Below, in pieces: positions 1 to 8,105 of a DNA stretch of 19,197 nucleotides. The stretch is from Myxococcota bacterium. Its GTDB lineage: Bacteria; Myxococcota; SpSt-1050. The translations under genes were made by a program, and so were the position numbers. Location of the stretch: contig JBMFOP010000003.1 of the NCBI GenBank assembly GCA_049969675.1, positions 1-19,197 of the forward strand, in the 5' to 3' direction. Positions within the stretch are counted from its first letter, which is position 1. Each line of letters starts with the position of its first letter. Below the pieces are notes generated by a model that ran no database searches, was not told the DNA's origin, and saw only the letters and a list, made by a program, of their open reading frames with translations.

Positions 1-226
1 CGGTTATCTTCTGCAACCTCTCTATCTCTGCACGGTATACATCCTCATCTCCAGCGCCATTTACTAAACCCTTCTTGCCCGCTTCTAAAAACTTATCCCG
101 CCACCGATAATAAAGCGCCTGGCTTATCTGATGCTCCCGACAGAGCTCTGCAACTGACCTGTTCCCCTTCAATCCCTCCAGAACTATTGCCATCTTCTCC
201 TCTGCACCCCAATTCCTCCTTTTCAT
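1..226 (-). CDS. IS3-family transposase OrfA (HTH_Tnp_1-like), truncated by window edge
   Basis: Own translation from ATG at 226: MKRRNWGAEEKMAIVLEGLKGNRSVAELCREHQISQALYYRWRDKFLEAGKKGLVNGAGDEDVYRAEIERLQKIT. This is the classic OrfA HTH (SVAELCREHQIS...YYRW) plus the start of the coiled coil. Strong SD upstream. Confidence 0.92.
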   Translation of the reverse strand, partial: MKRRNWGAEEKMAIVLEGLKGNRSVAELCREHQISQALYYRWRDKFLEAGKKGLVNGAGDEDVYRAEIERLQKIT

Positions 227-269
227 AACTGCACCTCCTTATTTTCTATCTTGCCTCTACTAATCTGAT

Positions 270-297
270 GTGTCCACCCCCCATGGGGCGCAGTATA
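270..297 (-). repeat. Putative left terminal inverted repeat (IRL) of the IS3-family element
   Basis: 28 nt with IS3-like signature just upstream of orfA. The partner IRR is outside the window, so the exact boundary is unconfirmed. Confidence 0.65.
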
Positions 298-595
298 GTC
301 ACATTTATCATCTTCATTATCAGTATATCCATCTCTGTCATTATCTATCCCATCAAATCAGGTAAGTATGTATGGATCCAGATTCTTAAGTCTGTTCGTT
401 GTGTTTTCTATCATAGCCTTTATCTTATCAAGACATAATACTGGCAGGTCATATTGGTAATAAAACCTCACCTCTTTTGTCTCACAGGCTGAGGCAGTGT
501 TGCAGACAGTCACCCTCAATATATACTCCCCCTCATCAAGATTTACATCCCCTTTGAATCTACAGTTCTTCTTCAACAAATCACAGTTCTTTCAT
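298..595 (-). pseudogene. Decayed gene fragment (beta-rich segment plus DGIDNDRDGYTD acidic metal-binding-type motif), interrupted by the IS
   Basis: ORF 579-358 lacks an SD. Past its TGA (360-358) the same frame continues FDGIDNDRDGYTDNEDDKCD up to the IS end at 297. An out-of-frame ATG lies at 595. Confidence 0.5.
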
Positions 596-605
596 ATTGT
601 CTATA

Positions 606-633
606 GTTATAACACTCTTTCTTGATAAATCAA
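606..633 (-). promoter_or_regulatory. Candidate sigma70-type promoter upstream of the pseudogene
   Basis: Minus strand TTGATT-16 nt-TATAAC with an extended -10 TG. Confidence 0.35.
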
Positions 634-679
634 TAGAAGTTAAATCATTGGAAAAGAGTATGTTATCTTTACTTGATTT

Positions 680-2065
680 TCAGGATTTTACGCCGGATGG
701 TAATTCAAGTCCGTAATTCTTTATCCTATCTTCCCTCTTTAACAGGAAAGCAAATACAAGGCCAAGTACTCCGAATATTGCAAATGTGAGCATCGGGATA
801 GTGTAATTATATACCACCTGAACTGTGCCATCCGGGAGCTCCGTTCTGGAGATGGTGCAGAATGAATCAAGTATCCACCCAATTAATGCGGGGACCCCCA
901 TAAGGCCCCAATTCTGAATGTAGAATATAAGCGCGTATGCGGTTCCGAGCTGTCTCTCCGGTATCAACTTTGGAACCGATGGCCACATCGCTGAAGGAAC
1001 CAGAGAGAATGCTACACCGAGAATTATCATCAGGACGAGGGCAAAGAACCAGTGATTGATGGCTGGAACCGAAAATAGTAGATGAACCCCTATCAACATA
1101 GCGGAGCCTAAAAACATAATAGATGCCGCCTTTCCCTTTTTATCCACCATCCTTCCAAATAGCGGAGTCATAAAGATATTTCCGAATGGAATCAGGCTCG
1201 GGATGAGTCCCGCGAGCCTCGGTTCCACTCCATATTTCTGGACCATAAGGTCGTTTGCATACTTTAAGAATGGGAATACGGCGGAATAAAATAAGACACA
1301 TAACATCGCTATATACCAGAAACCTTTATTTTTAAGAATATCTTTGATGTCTGATAATCTGAAAGACTCTTCTTCCTTCTGCTCGGATTCACGCAACTTT
1401 GCCTCTGATGCATCCAGTTTCCTATCCATAAAACTATAAATGATAAATGTAATTAATCCGATACACAGCATAACAAATCCGAGCAGTACTGGGGTGGCGA
1501 CATCATTGAAATACTCTGCCATAGGTGCACCTATCTGTAGTGCCAGCATTGTCCCGAGACGTGCTACCGCCAGTTGGAGACCCATGGCAAGTGCCATCTC
1601 CTTTCCCTTGAACCATTTGACTATCGTCTTTGAGACTGTAATTCCAGCGATTTCAACTCCAACACCGAATATGGCATATCCAATTGCAGCAAGCATAACC
1701 TGTGCCTTCCATCCAAAAATAACGGCATCAGAACTGAATGTCTTACTCAATGCAAAGTATTTGATAAATGCCCCTATTGCCATTATGGCTGCGGATGTCG
1801 TTCCAGTAAATCTGATACCCATCTTATCCAGAATAATTCCCCCAATTATTAACATTAGCAGGAATACATTGAACCAGCCATAGGCACTTGTAAAGAAGCC
1901 ATATTCGCTGCTTGTCCATCCTCTCTGTTGTTCAAGAAGAGGTTTTAGTGGTGCCATTACATCTGCAAAGAAGTATCCACAGAACATTGTGACTGATACT
2001 ATTGCCAGCGCGCCCCATCTGACTGCTGCTGAGTCCCTGATTGATTTAAGTGAATTCTCTGTCAT
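680..2065 (-). CDS. Major facilitator superfamily transporter (MFSD1-like family)
   Basis: 461 aa with about 12 hydrophobic segments. MFS motif A variants GGIILDKMGIR and GRMVDKKGK. SD-like GAGG upstream. Confidence 0.9.
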   Translation of the reverse strand: MTENSLKSIRDSAAVRWGALAIVSVTMFCGYFFADVMAPLKPLLEQQRGWTSSEYGFFTSAYGWFNVFLLMLIIGGIILDKMGIRFTGTTSAAIMAIGAFIKYFALSKTFSSDAVIFGWKAQVMLAAIGYAIFGVGVEIAGITVSKTIVKWFKGKEMALAMGLQLAVARLGTMLALQIGAPMAEYFNDVATPVLLGFVMLCIGLITFIIYSFMDRKLDASEAKLRESEQKEEESFRLSDIKDILKNKGFWYIAMLCVLFYSAVFPFLKYANDLMVQKYGVEPRLAGLIPSLIPFGNIFMTPLFGRMVDKKGKAASIMFLGSAMLIGVHLLFSVPAINHWFFALVLMIILGVAFSLVPSAMWPSVPKLIPERQLGTAYALIFYIQNWGLMGVPALIGWILDSFCTISRTELPDGTVQVVYNYTIPMLTFAIFGVLGLVFAFLLKREDRIKNYGLELPSGVKS

Positions 2066-2189
2066 AAGTACCTCTTGGGTAAAAACAGGTTAATTAACAT
2101 AAGAATACATTCAGTATGAGGAGTATTATTTAATTAAATCATAAAAAGCAACATAAAAGTTATGTGTTTTGGTTTTAATCCATTGACTT

Positions 2190-2218
2190 TTGCATTTTTA
2201 AAAAATAAAGGTTAATCT
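2190..2218 (+). promoter_or_regulatory. Candidate sigma70-type promoter for pcrA
   Basis: TTGCAT (2190-2195), 17 nt, TAATCT (2213-2218). An alternative TTGACT lies at 2183. Confidence 0.4.
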
Positions 2219-2242
2219 TCCTATGTTGAGGGATTTGTAAAT

Positions 2243-4381
2243 ATGATTGATTATGAAAAGGAATTAAATGAGAGGCAATTAATTGCCGTAAAACATTTTG
2301 AGGGACCACTACTTGTCCTTGCGGGAGCAGGGAGTGGGAAGACGCGAGTTATTACTTATAGAATCGCCCATCTTATAGATGTTTATAAAGTGAATCCATC
2401 AAATATTCTTGCGATGACATTTACAAATAAGGCAGCAGAGGAGATGAGAAACAGGGTAAATAAATTACTGAATAGAGAGGTGGATGTTTTTATAAGTACA
2501 TTTCATTCTGCATGTGCCTTCTTCCTCAGGAGATATGCCCATCTTCTGGGGTATGATAAAAATTACATCATCTATGATGATGATGATTCTAAAAAGATTA
2601 TCAAGGAGCTACTTGCAATCCACTCTCTTAATAATTCAGCAGATGAGGTACACAGAATATACAGTGAAATATCCACCCGTAAAGAGAATGGAGAAGATAT
2701 ATTGCAACTTGACGAGGATTATATAGATAACAAAATTATGATGGCGTATCAGAAGGCACTTATAAAATCAAATGCAATGGACTTCTCTGATTTGCTATTG
2801 AATATGGTAAAGATTTTGAGGACAAATACAGATGTAGCGGAGTATCTTTCCAGCAAGTACAGATTTATACTGGTTGATGAGTTTCAGGATACCAATCGTA
2901 TTCAGATGGAGCTTCTCCTGCTACTTTTAAGGAGTCACAGAAATATCTGTGTGGTAGGTGACGATGACCAGTCAATCTATAGGTGGCGGGGCGCCACAAT
3001 TGAAAATATTCTGGGATTTGATAGAAATTTTAAGGATGCCCTTGTAGTCAAGTTAGAACAGAATTACCGCTCTACAGGTTCTATTATCTCTGCTGCCTCA
3101 GCCCTTATTCAAAATAATGAGAAGAGACACGAGAAGAGATTATTTACAAAAAATCCGCTCGGTGAAAATATAAACTTTTATACAGCAGCAAATGACATTG
3201 AGGAGGCATCATTTATTACCTCAGAGATTCAACGTCTAAAAGCAGAGAAAAAGAGGAGGTTTGGTGATTTTGCCATTCTTCTCAGGACAAATGCACAGAT
3301 GAGAATAATTGAGGAGAAGCTGAATCAGGCAAAGATTCCCTATGAGGTAATTGGTGGTATAAAGTTTTATGAGAGAAAAGAGATCAAAGATATTATCAGT
3401 TATCTCAGGATAATTGCCAATCCATCAAGTGATATGGATTTTGAGAGAATATTGAATATCCCCCCTCGAGGATTGGGAGATGCAACACTTCTTAGACTCA
3501 AGGAGATGTCAACACTACACAACATTTCTCTATTTGAAGCTGCACTTAAGTTTCCAAAGACCGAGGGTTTTGCAAAATATTTGAAGGGTCTAACCTTAAT
3601 TGCTGAAAAGACCCCGGTAAATGAGCTGGCAAATAAAATAGTGAATGACATCAAATATAAGGAGTATCTTGAGAACTATTATAAAAACGATTGTCTGGAT
3701 AGAATTGCAAATATAGAAGAATTTATAAATTCAATGACTCCCCGGGATGGTGGTGATGCCCCGACTTTAAGCAAATTTCTTGAGAGCATCAGTCTGATGT
3801 CTGATATTGATGGTGCAAAATTATCTTCTCAGACAGTCTCGCTTATGACGATTCACTCTGCAAAAGGGCTTGAATTTCCGGTAGTTTTTATCGCTGGTCT
3901 TGAGGAGAATCTGCTTCCGCACTTTAAATCTGCTCTTAACCCTGATGAGGTTGCAGAGGAGAGGAGGCTGTTATATGTGGCTATTACGCGCGCAAAGGAG
4001 AAGCTCTATCTCTCTTATGCAAATGAGAGATTTCAGGCGGGTATGCCCCTGACAAGACGAATAAGTAGATTTGTTGATGAACTTCCGCACAATCTCTTTA
4101 CATTTTTACCCATAAGTAGAGTGAAGAAGGAGGACATCTTCAATACCAAGATTGAGACTAAAGATGTTACCTACAAGGTGGAGTATTATCCAGAATTTTT
4201 GAAAAACATTGGAGATGAAGGTAAATCTATTTATAAAGTTGGGATGAATGTGAGTCACAGTAAATTCGGTATTGGAGTAATAAGGCAGATAGAAGGGACT
4301 GGCGATGAGATGAGGCTTCTAGTGTTTTTTGAGAGATATGGATACAGGAGGCTTCTGCCCTCATATGTTAAAATTTTGTAA
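2243..4381 (+). CDS. pcrA: ATP-dependent DNA helicase PcrA/UvrD (superfamily 1A)
   Basis: Motifs LAGAGSGKT, TFTNKAA, STFHS, LVDEFQDTN, VGDDDQSIYRWRGA, LEQNYRST, MTIHSAKGLEF, EERRLLYVAITRAK; C-terminal Tudor-like VSHSKFGIGVI. Confidence 0.96.
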   Translation: MIDYEKELNERQLIAVKHFEGPLLVLAGAGSGKTRVITYRIAHLIDVYKVNPSNILAMTFTNKAAEEMRNRVNKLLNREVDVFISTFHSACAFFLRRYAHLLGYDKNYIIYDDDDSKKIIKELLAIHSLNNSADEVHRIYSEISTRKENGEDILQLDEDYIDNKIMMAYQKALIKSNAMDFSDLLLNMVKILRTNTDVAEYLSSKYRFILVDEFQDTNRIQMELLLLLLRSHRNICVVGDDDQSIYRWRGATIENILGFDRNFKDALVVKLEQNYRSTGSIISAASALIQNNEKRHEKRLFTKNPLGENINFYTAANDIEEASFITSEIQRLKAEKKRRFGDFAILLRTNAQMRIIEEKLNQAKIPYEVIGGIKFYERKEIKDIISYLRIIANPSSDMDFERILNIPPRGLGDATLLRLKEMSTLHNISLFEAALKFPKTEGFAKYLKGLTLIAEKTPVNELANKIVNDIKYKEYLENYYKNDCLDRIANIEEFINSMTPRDGGDAPTLSKFLESISLMSDIDGAKLSSQTVSLMTIHSAKGLEFPVVFIAGLEENLLPHFKSALNPDEVAEERRLLYVAITRAKEKLYLSYANERFQAGMPLTRRISRFVDELPHNLFTFLPISRVKKEDIFNTKIETKDVTYKVEYYPEFLKNIGDEGKSIYKVGMNVSHSKFGIGVIRQIEGTGDEMRLLVFFERYGYRRLLPSYVKIL

Positions 4382-4396
4382 AAATATATTTTATTC

Positions 4397-4425
4397 TTGA
4401 TTATTTGGAATACCGTGAATAGGAT
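4397..4425 (+). promoter_or_regulatory. Candidate sigma70-type promoter for lon
   Basis: TTGATT (4397-4402), 17 nt, TAGGAT (4420-4425), 30 nt upstream of the ATG; SD AGGAAGGA. Confidence 0.5.
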
Positions 4426-4455
4426 TTTAATGTAATCTTTTGATAGGAAGGAATT

Positions 4456-6858
4456 ATGAACAAGAATACTGGATTCCCAAAAGGTTTAAAATATGAGATT
4501 CCAGAGAGGCTTCCGGTCCTGCCGGTTCGCAATATCGTTCTCTTCCCTATGGTATCAATGCCAATGATGATAGGGAGAGAGAAGTCAATTAAACTAATTG
4601 ATGATGTCCTTGTAAGCAACAGATTTGTGGTTATAGTTGCACAGAAAGACCCCGACATAGAGGACCCAAAGGAATCGGACCTTTATAGAGTTGGTTGTGT
4701 AGGTATTGTATTGAAGATGATGAAATTGCCGGATGGGCAGATGAGGACACTCATTCAGGGGCTTGTGAGAGTAAATATAGATGAGTTTACAGGGAGTGAA
4801 CCGTATTTCACAGCGAGGGTCTCTCAGATAAAGGAGAGTTTTGATTATTCCCCCGATTCTCTGGCGATGATAAGCGCATTGAAGAAGAGCTTTCAGACTC
4901 TTTCAGAACGGTCTCCAATTATCCCCAAGGAATTGGTGGGAAGTGTAATGACGAGCGATGACCCGAGTTTTCTCACTGATATTATTGCCATCAATCTGAA
5001 TCTCAAACTCTCAGAACTACAGGAACTGCTTGCTGAGGGAAATATAAATAAACGAGTTGAGAAGGTGCTCAACAATTTAAATAAAGAAATAGAGGTGCAG
5101 GAACTGGGGAATAAGATACAGGACAGTGTCAGGCAGCAGATTGATAGGAGTCAGAGGGAATACTACTTGAGAGAGCAGTTAAAGGCTATCAAGAAGGAAC
5201 TCGGGGATGAGGATGATGAACGGGATATTCAGGAGATTAAGGAGAGGCTTGAGAAATTAAATCTCCCTGATGAGGTGAGGAGAGAGGCTGAGAGGGAACT
5301 TTCACGAATGGAGAAGATGCACCCGGAGAGCGCTGAATATACAGTTTCAAGGACATATTTAGATTGGATCTGTGAACTTCCCTGGAATATCTCTACAGAG
5401 GATAATCTGAATATAGATAATGTAAAAAGGATACTTGACGAAGACCATTTTGGACTTGAGAAGGTTAAGGATAGGATTATTGAATATCTATCCGTTAGAA
5501 AATTAAAGGAGGATATGCGTGGACCAATATTATGTTTTGTAGGACCGCCTGGAGTTGGTAAGACATCACTCGGACGGTCAATCGCCCGTGCTATGGGTAG
5601 GAAGTTTGAAAGGCTTTCACTCGGTGGAATCAGAGATGAGGCGGAAATTAGAGGGCATAGGAGGACCTATGTAGGGGCATTGCCGGGCAGAATAATCAGG
5701 ACGCTCAGAAAGGTTGGTTCAAATAATCCGATTATTATGCTGGATGAGGTGGACAAATTAGGTATGGATTTCAGGGGAGACCCAGCAAGCGCCCTTTTAG
5801 AGGTTCTGGACCCCGAGCAGAATTTTTCGTTTACAGACCACTATCTGGATGTGCCTTTTGACCTCTCAAAGGTCCTTTTCATAACAACTGCCAATCTGAT
5901 GGATCCAATCCCGATACCACTTCTGGATAGGATGGAGATAATTGAGATACCCGGCTACATTGTGGATGAGAAGCTGATGATAGCGAAGAATCACCTCATT
6001 CCAAAGCAGGTTAGAGAGAATGGGCTTTCTGATGAGTTAATAGCATTTACGGATGATGCGATTATAAAGATTATAACTTCCTATACTCGTGAGGCTGGGG
6101 TCAGAAATCTGGAGAGAGTGATTGCATCTGTCTGTAGAAAGATTGCAAGAAATGTGGCGATGGGTATGAGGGAGAAGGTGACAATTGATGAGAAGAGGCT
6201 TGTTGAACTTTTGGGGCCGGAGAAACATTTTAGTGAGATAGTGGAGCGAACCGATATCCCTGGTGTGGCAATTGGGCTGGCATGGACACCGGTTGGTGGA
6301 GAGATTCTATTTATTGAGGCAACGAGGATGAAGGGGAGCAAGGGATTCTCTCTGACAGGGAAACTCGGAGAGGTGATGAGCGAATCGGCACAGGCGGCAC
6401 TTGCTTATATAAGGAGTAATGCAGCGAGGTTTGGCATTGAAGAAGACTTCTTTGAGAAGGGAGATATACATGTCCATATCCCAGCAGGCGCAATCCCCAA
6501 GGATGGTCCATCTGCTGGAATTACTATTGCAACTGCAATTGTAAGCCTTCTTACCGGGAGGCTGGTCAGATCCGATACGGCGATGACTGGTGAGATAACA
6601 CTTCGCGGTAAAGTCCTGCCTGTAGGTGGTATCAAGGAGAAGGTACTGGCAGCGGCTCGTATGGGGATATCAAGAATTATCCTCCCAAAATACAATGAGG
6701 CAGACCTTGCGGATATCCCTGCAAATATAAAATCAAAGTTGGAATTTATTGCGGTCAGCTCAATGGAGGAGGTATTAAAGAATGCTATTGCAGATTTTGA
6801 GGTACTGGCCCCCACAAAGAAGAAGGCTGAAAAGGGCATGATAAAGAAGAATAAGTAA
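4456..6858 (+). CDS. lon: ATP-dependent protease La (LonA)
   Basis: LON N-domain [13 protein letters not shown], Walker [23 protein letters not shown], Walker B IMLDEVDK, catalytic Ser in PKDGPSAG and Lys in VGGIKEK. Confidence 0.98.
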   Translation: MNKNTGFPKGLKYEIPERLPVLPVRNIVLFPMVSMPMMIGREKSIKLIDDVLVSNRFVVIVAQKDPDIEDPKESDLYRVGCVGIVLKMMKLPDGQMRTLIQGLVRVNIDEFTGSEPYFTARVSQIKESFDYSPDSLAMISALKKSFQTLSERSPIIPKELVGSVMTSDDPSFLTDIIAINLNLKLSELQELLAEGNINKRVEKVLNNLNKEIEVQELGNKIQDSVRQQIDRSQREYYLREQLKAIKKELGDEDDERDIQEIKERLEKLNLPDEVRREAERELSRMEKMHPESAEYTVSRTYLDWICELPWNISTEDNLNIDNVKRILDEDHFGLEKVKDRIIEYLSVRKLKEDMRGPILCFVGPPGVGKTSLGRSIARAMGRKFERLSLGGIRDEAEIRGHRRTYVGALPGRIIRTLRKVGSNNPIIMLDEVDKLGMDFRGDPASALLEVLDPEQNFSFTDHYLDVPFDLSKVLFITTANLMDPIPIPLLDRMEIIEIPGYIVDEKLMIAKNHLIPKQVRENGLSDELIAFTDDAIIKIITSYTREAGVRNLERVIASVCRKIARNVAMGMREKVTIDEKRLVELLGPEKHFSEIVERTDIPGVAIGLAWTPVGGEILFIEATRMKGSKGFSLTGKLGEVMSESAQAALAYIRSNAARFGIEEDFFEKGDIHVHIPAGAIPKDGPSAGITIATAIVSLLTGRLVRSDTAMTGEITLRGKVLPVGGIKEKVLAAARMGISRIILPKYNEADLADIPANIKSKLEFIAVSSMEEVLKNAIADFEVLAPTKKKAEKGMIKKNK

Positions 6859-6906
6859 TTTAGAGTAATCGCACTATGGAGTTGTTACCCGGTGCAAAAA
6901 ATATTA

Positions 6907-6934
6907 TTGTAAAAAAGGATTTTTAGTATATAAT
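6907..6934 (+). promoter_or_regulatory. Candidate promoter giving a leaderless transcript for the HD-GYP gene
   Basis: TTGTAA (6907-6912), 16 nt, TATAAT (6929-6934), then 7 nt to ATG 6942; no SD. Confidence 0.55.
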
Positions 6935-6941
6935 CTTTCTG

Positions 6942-8102
6942 ATGGGTTTCTCGCTTCCAAAATTGACCAAGATACTGATAGCCGGTGACGGGGAGACAGC
7001 CAGATTTTTTATTGAGAATTTTAAAGAGAGCGGATTTGAATTTCATTTTGCTGATTCCTATATAAGCGCTATTCAGAAGCTTGAGGATGGCCTTTTTCAG
7101 ATAATTGTGGCTAATGATACAGTTGAGGGAATGAGCGGCATACAGTTTCTTGAGAGATGTAAGACATTTGCACCTGATATCTTGAGAGTTCTTATTGTAA
7201 GATATGGCGATACAAGAGTTTTATTGGAGGCGATTAATAGAGGTGGAATTTTTAAGATCCTTACACTTCCATTGGATATAAAGGAGGTTATAAGTGCACT
7301 GACTGATGCCTCTGTTCATTACTGGACAGAAAAGGAACATGAGAGGCTCTCAAATCTCATTAAAGAGCAGAATACAGAGCTTGTGGTCAGGACATTGAAT
7401 CTGGATAAGGAGATTCACGAGAGGACGAGCTCTCTCTTAAATGGTTTAGTGGCGGCGCTTGACCTGAGAGATTCAGATACCAGATGGCATTCCAAGAGGG
7501 TGTCGTTATATTCCAGAAGGATTGCAAAGGCGCTCGGTATCAAGGGTGAGGAGTTGAATCAGATTGAGAGAGGGGCGCTCCTGCATGATATCGGGAAGAT
7601 CGGCATAAAGGATGCTATACTCCTGAAGCCAGGGAGGTTGACAAAGGAAGAGTGGGAGGAGATGAAGAGGCATCCCGAGATGGGATATAGGCTTCTGGAG
7701 GGGTCGGATTTTCTTGAACACGAAAGGATAATCGTCTTGCATCATCAGGAACGATATGATGGTAAGGGATATCCCCAGGGACTGAAGGGTAAAGAGATAG
7801 ATATCGGGGCAAGGATATTTACCATTGCTGATACATTTGATGCGATGACCTCTGATAGACCTTATAGAAAGTCATTACCATTTAAGATTGCACGGGAGGA
7901 GATAATAAGATGCAGTGGGACCCAGTTTGACCCACGAATCGTTGAGGCGTTCCTGTCGGTTCCACCTCAGGAGTGGAGAGAGATAAGGGAGAAGTTAGAG
8001 GGGAGAGACTTCCAGCAGGAGATGAACAGTGCCCCCAGGCCACCACCATTGATTACTGCCATTAGACCGACCTCGCCTGATGTAGATAAAGGGAAGGGTT
8101 GA
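6942..8102 (+). CDS. HD-GYP cyclic-dinucleotide phosphodiesterase with degenerate N-terminal receiver domain (RpfG-like)
   Basis: HSKRV, LLHDIGKIG, HPEMG, HHQERYDGKGYP, DTFDAMTSDRPYR, GTQFDP. The N-terminal ~120 aa has a REC-like pattern followed by a coiled coil. Confidence 0.92.
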   Translation: MGFSLPKLTKILIAGDGETARFFIENFKESGFEFHFADSYISAIQKLEDGLFQIIVANDTVEGMSGIQFLERCKTFAPDILRVLIVRYGDTRVLLEAINRGGIFKILTLPLDIKEVISALTDASVHYWTEKEHERLSNLIKEQNTELVVRTLNLDKEIHERTSSLLNGLVAALDLRDSDTRWHSKRVSLYSRRIAKALGIKGEELNQIERGALLHDIGKIGIKDAILLKPGRLTKEEWEEMKRHPEMGYRLLEGSDFLEHERIIVLHHQERYDGKGYPQGLKGKEIDIGARIFTIADTFDAMTSDRPYRKSLPFKIAREEIIRCSGTQFDPRIVEAFLSVPPQEWREIREKLEGRDFQQEMNSAPRPPPLITAIRPTSPDVDKGKG

Positions 8103-8105
8103 GAT

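Larger units (their letters stand above)
1..297 (-). mobile_element. IS3-family insertion sequence, left end (continues beyond window start)
   Basis: Minus strand reads TATACTGCGCCCCATGGGGGGTGGACAC (297-270), resembling IS3/IS150-type terminal repeats (TGTACTGCACCC..., GTGGACAC core). It is followed by an RBS (AAGGAGGTG, 240-232) and an OrfA-like HTH ORF. Confidence 0.85.

Noticed and set aside
358..360. In-frame TGA as selenocysteine or programmed read-through
   Set aside because: No SECIS-like hairpin downstream, no redox motif context, and other genes in the window use TGA as a normal stop. Pseudogenisation is simpler.
622..633. TTGAT-AA-ATCAA as an FNR box
   Set aside because: Spacer is 2 nt rather than the required 4; it is better explained as overlapping -35-like hexamers.
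1440..1883. 147-aa antisense ORF inside the MFS gene
   Set aside because: Shadow frame of a hydrophobic gene; no SD and no recognisable motif.
4382..4455. CIRCE or other heat-shock operator upstream of lon
   Set aside because: No TTAGCACTC-N9-GAGTGCTAA or comparable inverted repeat is present.
6405..6839. 144-aa antisense ORF within lon, and the other short nested or antisense ORFs in the track
   Set aside because: They lie essentially within well-supported genes and show no motifs or SDs; expected shadow ORFs.
6871..6900. GCACT...GGTGC stem after lon as an intrinsic terminator
   Set aside because: Short stem with a long loop, followed by an A-run rather than a U-run on the sense strand.
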